Positions 50,384-60,704 of a stretch of 64,000 nucleotides of DNA are shown piece by piece (positions within the stretch are counted from its first letter, which is position 1; each line of letters starts with the position of its first letter). The DNA comes from an uncultured bacterium. GTDB lineage: Bacteria > Actinomycetota > Thermoleophilia > Solirubrobacterales > 70-9. The stretch is from contig CBFGWL010000003.1 of NCBI GenBank assembly GCA_965652565.1, positions 22,457-86,456 of the forward strand. The letters run 5' to 3'. Both the position numbers and the translations under genes were made by a program. The notes beneath the pieces are model-generated. The model ran no database searches. It saw only the letters and a program-made list of their open reading frames with translations, and was not told the origin of the DNA.

Positions 50384-50842
50384 GTGCGCGTCTCCGCGAA
50401 AGCTGATTACGCCGTGCGCGCGGTGCTCGAGCTGGCCGCCGCGCCGCCCGAGGTTCCGGTCAAGGGCGACCGCATCGCGTCGGCACAGCAGATCCCACTG
50501 CGCTTCCTCGAGAACATCCTCGCGGAGCTGCGCGCCACGGGCCTGGTACAGAGCCGACGCGGGGCTGACGGGGGCTACTGGCTCGCCCGCAGCCCCGACG
50601 ACATCACGATCGCCGAGGTGATCCGGGCCGTCGAGGGACCCCTGGCGTCGGTCCGCGGCGAGGGGCCGGAGGAGCTGGATTACGACGGCGTCGCCGAGCC
50701 GCTGCAGGACGTCTGGGTCGCGCTGCGGGCGAAGATCCGCTCCGTTCTCGAGTCGGTCACCCTCGCCGACGTCGCGGAGAATCGCCTGCCCGAGCCGGTG
50801 CGTTCGATCGCCGCGCACCCCGAGGCGAGCGCCCCGCGCTGA
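50384..50842 (+). CDS. Rrf2-family transcriptional regulator without cysteines (CymR-like rather than Fe-S IscR/NsrR-like)
   Basis: (M)RVSAKADYAVRAVLELA winged-helix N-terminus. The 152-aa product contains no Cys. Confidence 0.8.
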   Translation: MRVSAKADYAVRAVLELAAAPPEVPVKGDRIASAQQIPLRFLENILAELRATGLVQSRRGADGGYWLARSPDDITIAEVIRAVEGPLASVRGEGPEELDYDGVAEPLQDVWVALRAKIRSVLESVTLADVAENRLPEPVRSIAAHPEASAPR

Positions 50843-50981
50843 GCGGGTCCTCGCGCTCCCGCAGCAGGCCGGCGTCGCGCGCCTCGCGCAGCAGCTGGCG
50901 CCACGTCGCCGTGCCGACGAGCGCGATGAAGCCCATGATCAGGGCCAGGAAGGCCCAGCCGACAACCTCGTAGAGCTCCAT
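50757..50981 (-). CDS. possible small membrane protein downstream of cysA
   Basis: GGGAGAAG SD-like element 11 nt upstream. MELYEVVGWAFLALIMGFIALVGTATW TM helix and strong GC3 bias. The 3' third overlaps the rrf2 end in antisense. Confidence 0.3.
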   Translation of the reverse strand: MELYEVVGWAFLALIMGFIALVGTATWRQLLREARDAGLLREREDPLSAGRSPRGARRSNAPARAGDSPRRRRG

Positions 50982-51005
50982 CGCGCTCGTCGCTTCTCCC
51001 GGTGG

Positions 51006-51995
51006 CTACGCGGGGACCAGCTCCTCGGTCCGCGGCCCGTTCTCGTCGAACACCTTCTTGCGGGCCGGGCGGACGTACACGATCTGGTTCTCGGCGAGCT
51101 CGAGCTCCTCGGCCTGCGCGCGGGTGAGCTGCGCCCAGAGGCGCTCGCCCTCGGCGGGGGCGAGCTCGACGCGGACCTCGAACCCGAGGTGCACGATCCG
51201 CTCGATCATCGTCTCCAGCGCGCCCGGCTTCGGCACGTGCGCGATCTCGAGGTCGTGCGGGCGCACGAACTCGTAGCCGAGGCGGTTGACCGGGCCGACG
51301 AAGCTCATCACGAACTCCGTCCGCGGATGCTCATACAGATCGCGCGGCGCGCCGGCCTGCTCGATCCGCCCCTCGTTCATCACGACGATCTGCTCGGCGA
51401 CGTCCATCGCCTCCTCCTGATCGTGGGTGACGAAGATCGTCGTCACGTGCACTTCGTCATGGAGGCGGCGCAGCCAGGCGCGCAGCTCCTCGCGGACCTT
51501 GGCGTCGAGCGCGCCGAAGGGCTCGTCGAGCAACAGGACCTTCGGCTCAACGGCGAGGGCCCGCGCGAGCGCCATGCGCTGGCGCTGACCGCCCGAAAGC
51601 TGACCGGGGTAGCGGTCCATGAACCCCTCGAGATGGACCAGCTCGAGCAGCTCGCGCACACGGCGCTCGATCTCGTCCTTGGGGCGCTTGCGGATCTTCA
51701 GGCCGAACGCGACGTTGTCGCGCACGGTCATGTGCTTGAACGCCGCGTAGTGCTGGAAGCAGAAGCCGACACCCCTGTCCTGCACCGGGACGCGCGTCAC
51801 GTCCTCGCCGTTCATGTTCACCGTGCCGCCGTCCGGCTGCTCGAGGCCCGCGATCACGCGCAGCAGCGTCGACTTGCCGCTGCCGCTCGGGCCCAGCAGC
51901 GCCGTGAGCGAGCCGTCGCGCACTTCCAGCGACACGTTGTCCAGGGCGACGAAGTCACCGAAGCGCTTCGTCACCGAGTTCACCACGATGCTCAT
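51006..51995 (-). CDS. cysA: sulfate/thiosulfate ABC transporter ATPase
   Basis: The ATG overlaps the cysW stop (ATGA). [33 protein letters not shown], and a C-terminal regulatory domain. Confidence 0.9.
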   Translation of the reverse strand: MSIVVNSVTKRFGDFVALDNVSLEVRDGSLTALLGPSGSGKSTLLRVIAGLEQPDGGTVNMNGEDVTRVPVQDRGVGFCFQHYAAFKHMTVRDNVAFGLKIRKRPKDEIERRVRELLELVHLEGFMDRYPGQLSGGQRQRMALARALAVEPKVLLLDEPFGALDAKVREELRAWLRRLHDEVHVTTIFVTHDQEEAMDVAEQIVVMNEGRIEQAGAPRDLYEHPRTEFVMSFVGPVNRLGYEFVRPHDLEIAHVPKPGALETMIERIVHLGFEVRVELAPAEGERLWAQLTRAQAEELELAENQIVYVRPARKKVFDENGPRTEELVPA

Positions 51996-52906
51996 GGGTT
52001 CTCCTCTCGATTGGTCAGCCCGGTGGTGGGCGCTTGGCCTGTGTTGGTGACCGTCTGCGCACGCTTGCGCCCGCCGCGCTCGATCAGGTTCATCGCGAAC
52101 AACGTCGCGAGACCGACCACGGCGAGCACCAACGCCGCCGCGTACGCACCGGCGACGTTGAACGTCTCGTATTGCTTGCCGACGTAGAGCGGCAGGGTCT
52201 CGGTGACGCCGGAGATCTTCCCCGACACCACCGCGACGGCCCCGAACTCGCCCAGGGCGCGCGCCGTGGCCAGCACGACCCCGTAGGTGACGCCCCAGCG
52301 GATGGCCGGGAGCGTCACCCGCCAAAACGTCTGCCACGGGCCGGCGCCGAGCGTGCGCGCCGCCTGCTCCTGATCGTCCCCGATCTCCTGGAGCACCGGC
52401 ACGACCTCGCGCACGACGAACGGCATCGAGATGAAGACCGTCGCGATCACCATCCCGACCGGCGTGAACAACACGCGAATCCCCTGCTCCGCGAGCCACG
52501 GCCCGAACCAGCCGTCGCGCTGGTTGAACACCAGCACGAGCGCGAGGCCGACCACGACCGGCGAGATCGCGAAGGGCAGGTCGATCAGCGCGTTGATGAA
52601 CGCCTTGCCGCGGAACTTGTGGCGCACGAGGACGATCGCGCAGACCACGCCGAAGATGGTGTTGAGCGGAACCGCCACCGCCACCATCACCAGCGTCAGC
52701 CAGAAGGCGTGCATGCCCTCGGGGCTCGTGATCGTCTCCCAGGCGTTCAGGAAGCCGTCCTCGAACGCCTTGATGAAGACCATCAGCACCGGAACAATCA
52801 GCAGCAGGGCCAGATACCCGACCGCCACCGAGCGCAGGCCGAGCCGCGCCCGTCGGCTGCCCTGGACGACGTTGACCCTGCGATCCGCGATCCCCTCAGC
52901 GGCCAT
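51992..52906 (-). CDS. cysW: sulfate ABC transporter permease
   Basis: Six-TM permease with the EAA-like loop [20 protein letters not shown], in the second permease position. Confidence 0.85.
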   Translation of the reverse strand: MAAEGIADRRVNVVQGSRRARLGLRSVAVGYLALLLIVPVLMVFIKAFEDGFLNAWETITSPEGMHAFWLTLVMVAVAVPLNTIFGVVCAIVLVRHKFRGKAFINALIDLPFAISPVVVGLALVLVFNQRDGWFGPWLAEQGIRVLFTPVGMVIATVFISMPFVVREVVPVLQEIGDDQEQAARTLGAGPWQTFWRVTLPAIRWGVTYGVVLATARALGEFGAVAVVSGKISGVTETLPLYVGKQYETFNVAGAYAAALVLAVVGLATLFAMNLIERGGRKRAQTVTNTGQAPTTGLTNREENP

Positions 52907-53732
52907 GGCGCGTGCTCCAGCGGTTGATGGCGTGGAAGCAGACGAGGATCCCCACCGAGATCGCGAGCAGCACGACGGAGACCGCCGTGGCGCCCGACAT
53001 GTCGCCGCTCTCGATCCGCGAGTAGATGAAGAGCGAGGCGACCTGAGTCTCGCCGGGGATGTTCCCGGAGATCAGCACGAGCGAGCCGAACTCGCCGACC
53101 GCGCGCGCGAACGCCAGCGCGCTGCCGCCGAGGATCGCCGGCATCAGGTTCGGCAGGATCACCCGGCGCACGACCGTGAGCGGCCGGGCGCCCAGCGAGG
53201 CCGCGGCCTCCTCCATCTCGCGGTCCAGCTCCATGAGGGTGGGCTGCACCGCGCGGATCACGAACGGCAGCGTCACGAAGAGCAGCGCCAGCACCACGCC
53301 GATCACGGTGAAGCTGATGCCCTTGATGCCGAACACGCCCGTCTCCCCGTAGAGCGCCATCAGCACCAGCCCCGCGACGATCGTCGGGAGGGCGAACGGA
53401 AGGTCGATGAGCGAGTTCAGGATGCCCTTGCCGGGGAAGTCGTCGCGCACCAGAACCCAGGCGATCAGCGTGCCCGCGACCGCGTTGATCAAGACGACCG
53501 CGAGCGAAGCGAGCACGGTGAGGACCAGCGCGTCGACCGCCATCGGGTTGGAGACGGCGGTCCAAAAGCCCTCCCAGCCGTCTTCCGTCGAGCGCACCGC
53601 GAGCGCCGCGATCGGGATCAGAACCAGGACGGACAGGTACGTGGTGACGAACCCCCGGGAGAGGGCAGCCCCTCCGAAGCGGGGCATGCGCACCCGCCTC
53701 GGAGGGGACTCGATGTGCCCTACCGAGCTCAC
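52896..53732 (-). CDS. cysT: sulfate ABC transporter permease
   Basis: Permease with EEAAASLGARPLTVVRRVILP. Overlaps both neighbouring genes. Confidence 0.85.
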   Translation of the reverse strand: MSSVGHIESPPRRVRMPRFGGAALSRGFVTTYLSVLVLIPIAALAVRSTEDGWEGFWTAVSNPMAVDALVLTVLASLAVVLINAVAGTLIAWVLVRDDFPGKGILNSLIDLPFALPTIVAGLVLMALYGETGVFGIKGISFTVIGVVLALLFVTLPFVIRAVQPTLMELDREMEEAAASLGARPLTVVRRVILPNLMPAILGGSALAFARAVGEFGSLVLISGNIPGETQVASLFIYSRIESGDMSGATAVSVVLLAISVGILVCFHAINRWSTRHGR

Positions 53733-54769
53733 TCGGTCGGGCCTCCCAGGTCCTTCTGGATCTCGGCGATCTTGCCCTTGTCGGGATCGAAGTACTCGGT
53801 CATGACCTTCTCCCAGCCGCCGAGGTCCTCGATCGTGAACAGGTTGTCGGGCTGCGGGAACTTGTCCTCGAACTCAGCGAGGATCTCCTCGTTCACCGGC
53901 CGGTAGCCGTTCTCGGCCCAGATCCGCTGGGCCTCGTCGGTCCAGAGGAAGTCGAGGAAGGCCTGGCCGCCCTCGGGGTTCGGGGCGTCGACGGGCACGC
54001 CGCCCGGCGTCTCGATCAGGAGCGTCGAGTCGGGGACGACGTAGTCGACGTCCTGGCCCGCGTTCTGCGCCTGGATCGCCTCGTTCTCGTAGGAGAGGAG
54101 GACGTCGCCCTTGCCGCCGAGGAACTCGTTGAGAGCGTCGCGCGCGGAGGCCGGGTACGACGGCACCTTCTCCAGCAGCTTGCGGACCGCGTCGAGGCCG
54201 GCCTTCTCGTTGAACTTACCGTCCTTGAGCGCCGCCTGGCCGAAGACCGCCATCACGTTCCAGCGCGCGCCGCCCGAGGTGAACGGGTTGGCGTTGATGA
54301 TCTCCAGGTCGCTGTCGAGAACGTCTTCCCAGGTCTTGATGTTCTCGGGGTTGCCCGGGCGCGTCACGATGACCACGACCGAGTTCTGAATGATCCCGGC
54401 GTACTCGTTGTCCCGGTAGTCCTCCGGCAGGATTCCCTCGTCGACGAGGATCTGCGTGTCCGGCTCGAGCGCGAGGTGCGCGATGTCGGTTGGGATGCCC
54501 GACTCGATCGCGCGCCGTGAATCGCCGGATCCCGCGAACGAGGTCGTGAACTTCGTGCCCTCGCCCTCGGGCGTCGCCTGGAAGGCGGGGATCAGCTCGT
54601 CGGCGTAGACCTCCTGCGGCGTCGAATAGGCGACGAGGTTGATGGTGCCGCCACCGCCGCCATCGCCGCCGCCATCGCCGGACGCATCGGACGTGCCGCC
54701 GCACGCCGCCACCGCCGGTACCGCGATCAGCGTCAGCGCGAGGGCCAGTCGTCCCTTCAGCGATTTCAT
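53729..54769 (-). CDS. cysP: sulfate-binding lipoprotein
   Basis: Lipobox VAACGG and NPFTSGGARWN, a sulfate-binding-protein signature context. First gene of the operon. Confidence 0.85.
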   Translation of the reverse strand: MKSLKGRLALALTLIAVPAVAACGGTSDASGDGGGDGGGGGTINLVAYSTPQEVYADELIPAFQATPEGEGTKFTTSFAGSGDSRRAIESGIPTDIAHLALEPDTQILVDEGILPEDYRDNEYAGIIQNSVVVIVTRPGNPENIKTWEDVLDSDLEIINANPFTSGGARWNVMAVFGQAALKDGKFNEKAGLDAVRKLLEKVPSYPASARDALNEFLGGKGDVLLSYENEAIQAQNAGQDVDYVVPDSTLLIETPGGVPVDAPNPEGGQAFLDFLWTDEAQRIWAENGYRPVNEEILAEFEDKFPQPDNLFTIEDLGGWEKVMTEYFDPDKGKIAEIQKDLGGPTE

Positions 54770-54923
54770 GCTCAGTTCGATCCTTTCTCGGGTTTCTCGA
54801 TTGAGTTAGTGAAGAATGGACCGCGGCAGAGTAGCAGAGGTCCCCGGCAGCTGTGAAGGGGAACGTGCGTCCGGCCCGCGGGGCGACGCGGCGGGCGCCC
54901 ATGTGCGGTACAAACGAAGCGCG

Positions 54924-56515
<1,592 letters not shown>

Positions 56516-56519
<4 letters not shown>

Positions 56520-57730
56520 GACGCCACCTCCGCCCCCGCAGCGAAACGCTCCGGCCGGGCCGCAGCCACTTCCGGCGGCAAGTCCTCGCCCGCGAGCAGG
56601 GCGGCGATCGCCCGCGCCGTCACCGGCGCGAGCAGCACGCCGTTGCGGAAATGACCCGTGGCCCAGACGAGGCCGTCGAGCGCCCCAGGGCCGATCACCG
56701 GCACGTTGTCCGGCGTCCCCGGCCGAAAGCCGACGACGACCTCCTCGAGCTCCAGCTCGGCGATGTCGGGGAGCGCGCGGTACCCCTCGCGCAGGAGCTC
56801 GTGTACGCCGCCAGCGGTCACGCGGGCATCGAAGCCCATCTCCTCGACCGTGGCGCCGACGACGAGGCGCCCGTCGTCACGGGGCACGATGTAGACGCGC
56901 TCCGAGGCGACGATCCGCTCGCAGACAGGCTCCTCGGCCGGGCCCCGCAGCGTGATGATCTGCCCCTTCACCGGCCGCACTGGGGGAAGCACCTCCGCGG
57001 GCAGCCACCCGAGCGCGCCCGACCAGGCCCCGGCCGCAACCACGGTGGCCCCCGCGCGATGCCGCGTCCCGTCGGCGGTGACGACCCCGGCCAGGCGCTC
57101 GCCCTCGACGATGCCCGCGGTCACTGCGGCGGGGGCGATTACCTCGGCGCCCGCCGCCTCGCAGGCGCGGCGCAGCGCCTCGACGAGCCGGCGCGGGGCA
57201 ACCGCGGCCTCGTGCGGGGCGAGGACGCCGGCGCTCACCGCGGGCGCGAGGCCCGGCTCGAGCGCGCGGCACTCGCTGGGCCGCAGCGCCGTCGCCTCCA
57301 GGTCGAGCGAGCGCATGAGCTCGTACCGGCGGCGCAGCTCGGCGGCCTCGTCACGATCGAGGGCGACGTGCAAGGCGCCGAACTCCGCGTATCCGGTCAG
57401 CTGGGCGTCGGCGCTGAGTTCCGCGGCGAACTCGGGCCAGAGCGCGTGGGAGGCGAGCCCCATTTCGAGCAGGCGCTCCTCGCCGAACGTCGCCTCCCCC
57501 ACCGGCGCGAGCATTCCCGCGGCAACGCCCGAGGCCCCGGACCCAGGCGCATCGCGTTCGAGCACGCGCACGCGCAACCCGGCCTGCGCCGTGCGCCAGG
57601 CACAGGCCAAGCCGATGACGCCGCCGCCGACGATGATCGCGTCGACGCTTTCGCTGCCGCTTTGGTCGCTGGGCCCCGGCAAGCTCGCTTCTCCTTCGGT
57701 TCGTATGGGCGGGGGGGTCCGCAGCACCAT
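56516..57730 (-). CDS. thiO: glycine oxidase ThiO
   Basis: FAD motif DAIIVGGGVIGLACAW and operon position upstream of thiS-thiG. The ATG at 57730 lies inside riboswitch stem P1. Confidence 0.85.
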
Positions 57731-57830
57731 CCCTGCGCCGGCATTACCCGGAATCAGGTTCAGACGGTCGGCGGCCCGTCGCCGCCCTCTCAGCCCACGG
57801 GGTTGGGCTCCCGTTATCCCCTCCAATGGT
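57726..57830 (-). promoter_or_regulatory. TPP (THI-box) riboswitch
   Basis: The minus-strand RNA reads ACCAUUGGAGGGGAUAACGGGAGCCCAACCCCGUGGGCUGAGAGGGCGGCGACGGGCCGCCGACCGUCUGAACCUGAUUCCGGGUAAUGCCGGCGCAGGGAUGGU. It carries the conserved CUGAGA and GAACCUGAU.CGGGUAAUGCCGGCG.AGGGA blocks. Confidence 0.88.
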
Positions 57831-57893
57831 ACCCCTCGGCCGCATGCCGGCCGTCGCCGTAGGCACCCCGATCGCCTAGCGTTACCGGCCGTG

Positions 57894-58586
57894 ATGAGCC
57901 GCTCGTCGACCAATGCGCGCACGCTCGCGTCCCGCCGCGAGCGACTGGCCCGTGCGCGCCTGTACTTCGTCTGCGACGCCCGGCCCGGCGGGCTGGACCC
58001 CGAGCCGCTCCTGAACGCCGCGCTGCGCGGCGGCGTGGATCTGATCCAGCTCCGCGAGAAGGCCCCGCGCTGCGCCGAGGAGCTGATCGCGTACGCGGAG
58101 CCCTTCCGGCGCGCGGCTGCGGCGCACGACGCGCTCTTCATCCTCAACGACCGCCCCGACCTCGTCGAGGCCTGCGGCGCCGACGGGGTTCACGTCGGCC
58201 AGGACGACACCCCGGTCGCCGAGGCGCGCGAGCTCGCCGGCCCCGACGCGCTCGTCGGGCTCTCGACCCACAGCGAGGCGCAGTTCGACGCCGCGCTCTC
58301 CGCGCAGGGCGATGCGCGTCCCGACCAGATCAGCGTCGGCCCCGTGTGGGAGACCCCCACGAAGGCCGGGCGCCCGGCCACCGGGCTCGAGCTCATCCGC
58401 TACGCGGCCGCGCGCGGCGGCGACGCGGCCTGGTTTGCGATCGGCGGTATCGACGGGGGAAACATCGGCGCCGTCGTCGGCGCCGGGGCCCGCCGCGCGG
58501 TCGTGGTCCGCGCGATCCGCGACGCGGCCGACCCGGAGTCCGCGGCCCGGACGCTGCGCGCCGCGCTGGAGGCCGCCGATGGGTAG
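57894..58586 (+). CDS. thiE: thiamine-phosphate synthase
   Basis: LYFVCD...DLIQLREK...GVHVGQDD...GPVWETPTK...AIGGI. Confidence 0.9.
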   Translation: MSRSSTNARTLASRRERLARARLYFVCDARPGGLDPEPLLNAALRGGVDLIQLREKAPRCAEELIAYAEPFRRAAAAHDALFILNDRPDLVEACGADGVHVGQDDTPVAEARELAGPDALVGLSTHSEAQFDAALSAQGDARPDQISVGPVWETPTKAGRPATGLELIRYAAARGGDAAWFAIGGIDGGNIGAVVGAGARRAVVVRAIRDAADPESAARTLRAALEAADG

Positions 58587-59133
58587 CCGGGAGCGCAAGC
58601 GCGCGGAACGGCGCAAGCGCAAGGAGCGCGCCCGCGAGCGCTTCGCGCAGCAGCAGGCCGAGCGCGCCGCCCGTACCGAGGCGCGCAACCGCGAGGCCCG
58701 CGAGCAGCTCGAGCCCCTCGCCCCAGGCGAGCGGCCCACCGTCGTCACGGTCGGCGCTGTGATCTCGGCCGTGATCGCGATCAGCGTGGTCGCCGGCTGG
58801 ATCGCCGGCATCGAGGTGACGACCTTCGACGATTTCGGCAACCGCACGGGTGAGGAGCGGCCGAGCGTCGTCGCCGCGCTCGTGCCCGCGGGCCTCATGG
58901 GCCTCATGGCGTGGGGCATGTGGCGCGCCCGCTACTGGGCGGTGCTCGGCTTCCAGGCGCTGCTGGTGATCCTGATCGTCTCGACCGTGTTGGGCCTGGT
59001 CGCCGCGACGGCAGTCACCCAGGTGATCGGAAACACGCTGATCCTCGTTGTGGCGGGCACGCTCTTCTACAGGATGATCAAGGCGATGGCGCGCATCCAG
59101 ATGCCCGAGCGACGGATCCCGGGCGAGCGCTGA
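58579..59133 (+). CDS. membrane protein with a highly charged N-terminal tail
   Basis: MGSRERKRAERRKRKERARER... followed by four hydrophobic helices. Overlaps the thiE end by 8 nt. Confidence 0.5.
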   Translation: MGSRERKRAERRKRKERARERFAQQQAERAARTEARNREAREQLEPLAPGERPTVVTVGAVISAVIAISVVAGWIAGIEVTTFDDFGNRTGEERPSVVAALVPAGLMGLMAWGMWRARYWAVLGFQALLVILIVSTVLGLVAATAVTQVIGNTLILVVAGTLFYRMIKAMARIQMPERRIPGER

Positions 59134-59232
59134 GCCGCGCTTTGAAAGCCGTTCTATAGAGTCGCACCGCTAGGGCGGTACACCTAGCGCCCCCGATTCT
59201 TCTCCTTCCCAGCAAGAGGTGATCCCTTCCAG

Positions 59233-60600
59233 ATGGCCGATTCCTTCGACGTGATCGTGATCGGCGGCGGACCCGGCGGCTACGTGGCCGCGATCCGCGC
59301 CGCACAACTCGGTAAGCGCACTGCCGTCGTGGAGAAGGACAAGCCCGGCGGGCGCTGTCTCAATTACGCCTGCATCCCGGCGAAGACCATGTTGCATACC
59401 GCCGAGATCCTGGAGGCAGCCCGCTCCAGCGAGTCCCTCGGCGTGAAGGTGAGCGGCGTCGAGCTCGACTGGGAGGCCCTCGGCGCGCGCCGCGCACAGG
59501 TCTCGCAGACGCTGTCGAGCGGCGTGAAGATGCTCTGGGACCGCAACAAGGTCACGTGGATCGAGGGCGAGGGCGGGCTCACCGAGGACGGCAACGTGCG
59601 CGTCGGCGACGAGGTCTACGAGGCCGGGTCCGTGATCCTTGCGACCGGCTCGGTCGCGCTGCCGATCCCAGGCGTTGAGTTCGGCGGGCGCATCGTGGAC
59701 ACGTGGGGCGCGTGGTCGCTGCCCGAGCAGCCGCGCAGCATCGCCGTGGTCGGAGCGGGCGCCTCGGGTGCCGAGATCGCCTCCGCGTACGCGCGCTACG
59801 GCACCGAGGTCACGCTGATCGAGATGCTCGACCAGATCCTCCCGGCGGAGGACCGCGACTGCGCCCGGGTCGTCGAGCGGACCTTCAAGAAGCAGGGGAT
59901 CACGATCTCCACGGGGACGGCCGTCGAGAACGTCGAGGACACGGGGAGCTCGGTCAAGTTCACCTACGGCGACCAGCAGGGCGAGGCCGAATACCTCGTG
60001 ATCGCCGGCGGCCGCGGACCCGACACCGAGGCGCTGAACCTGGAGGCGGCGAAGGTCGAGCTCGAGGACCGCGGCAGGATCCGCGTCGACGAGTACCAGC
60101 GCACCTCCAACCAGAAGGTCTTCGCGATCGGCGATCTCGTGCGCGGGCCGGCGCTCGCCCACAAGGCCATGGAGGAGGGCGTGGTCGCCGCCGAGGCCGC
60201 CGCGGGAGCGCCCACGCATCCGATCGACGTCGATCTGATCCCGGGCGCCACCTTCTGCCATCCGCAGGTCGCCTCGGTGGGCCTCACCGAGGCGCAGGCC
60301 AAGGAGAAAGGGCTCGATTACAAGGTCGGCCGCCTCAAGCTCGGCGGCGTCGGCGCCGGCACGGTCTACGACGACCGCGACGGCTTCGTGAAGCTCGTCG
60401 TCGACACGACCTACGGGGAGATCGTCGGCGCCCACATCGTCGGCAACCGCGCCTGCGACATGATCGCCGAGCTCGTCAACACGATCGCGCTCGAGGGCGG
60501 CTACCAGGAGCTCGCCCGGATCGTGCACGCCCACCCGACGATCTCCGAGGCGGTGCTCGACGCCGCGCGCGCGGTCGACGGCTGGGCGACCCACGCTTAA
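59233..60600 (+). CDS. lpd: dihydrolipoyl dehydrogenase
   Basis: VIGGGPGGYVAA, redox-active CLNYACIPAK and C-terminal HAHPTISE. Confidence 0.93.
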   Translation: MADSFDVIVIGGGPGGYVAAIRAAQLGKRTAVVEKDKPGGRCLNYACIPAKTMLHTAEILEAARSSESLGVKVSGVELDWEALGARRAQVSQTLSSGVKMLWDRNKVTWIEGEGGLTEDGNVRVGDEVYEAGSVILATGSVALPIPGVEFGGRIVDTWGAWSLPEQPRSIAVVGAGASGAEIASAYARYGTEVTLIEMLDQILPAEDRDCARVVERTFKKQGITISTGTAVENVEDTGSSVKFTYGDQQGEAEYLVIAGGRGPDTEALNLEAAKVELEDRGRIRVDEYQRTSNQKVFAIGDLVRGPALAHKAMEEGVVAAEAAAGAPTHPIDVDLIPGATFCHPQVASVGLTEAQAKEKGLDYKVGRLKLGGVGAGTVYDDRDGFVKLVVDTTYGEIVGAHIVGNRACDMIAELVNTIALEGGYQELARIVHAHPTISEAVLDAARAVDGWATHA

Positions 60601-60664
60601 AGGCGCCGGCTACCAGTCGCCAGTCGCCAGTTGGAGCCCTTGGCTGGTACTGGCGCCAGGCGGG

Positions 60665-60694
60665 CTTGACACGGCCGACGAGCGTCCGTTAGGT
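60665..60694 (+). promoter_or_regulatory. candidate promoter TTGACA-18 nt-TAGGTT for the propeller gene
   Basis: A consensus -35 hexamer. The -10 hexamer ends 10 nt before the GTG at 60705, suggesting a leaderless or very short leader. Confidence 0.45.
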
Positions 60695-60704
60695 TCGCAC
60701 GCGC

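Noticed and set aside
50200-50400. tRNA-Lys as an integration site for a genomic island
   Set aside because: There is no integrase, no duplicated tRNA 3' end and no obvious compositional shift on either side. The flanking genes look native.
57813-57893. A second TPP riboswitch serving thiE on the plus strand
   Set aside because: No CTGAGA or ACCTGATCTGGATAATGCCAGCG-like blocks occur on the + strand in the 63-nt leader.
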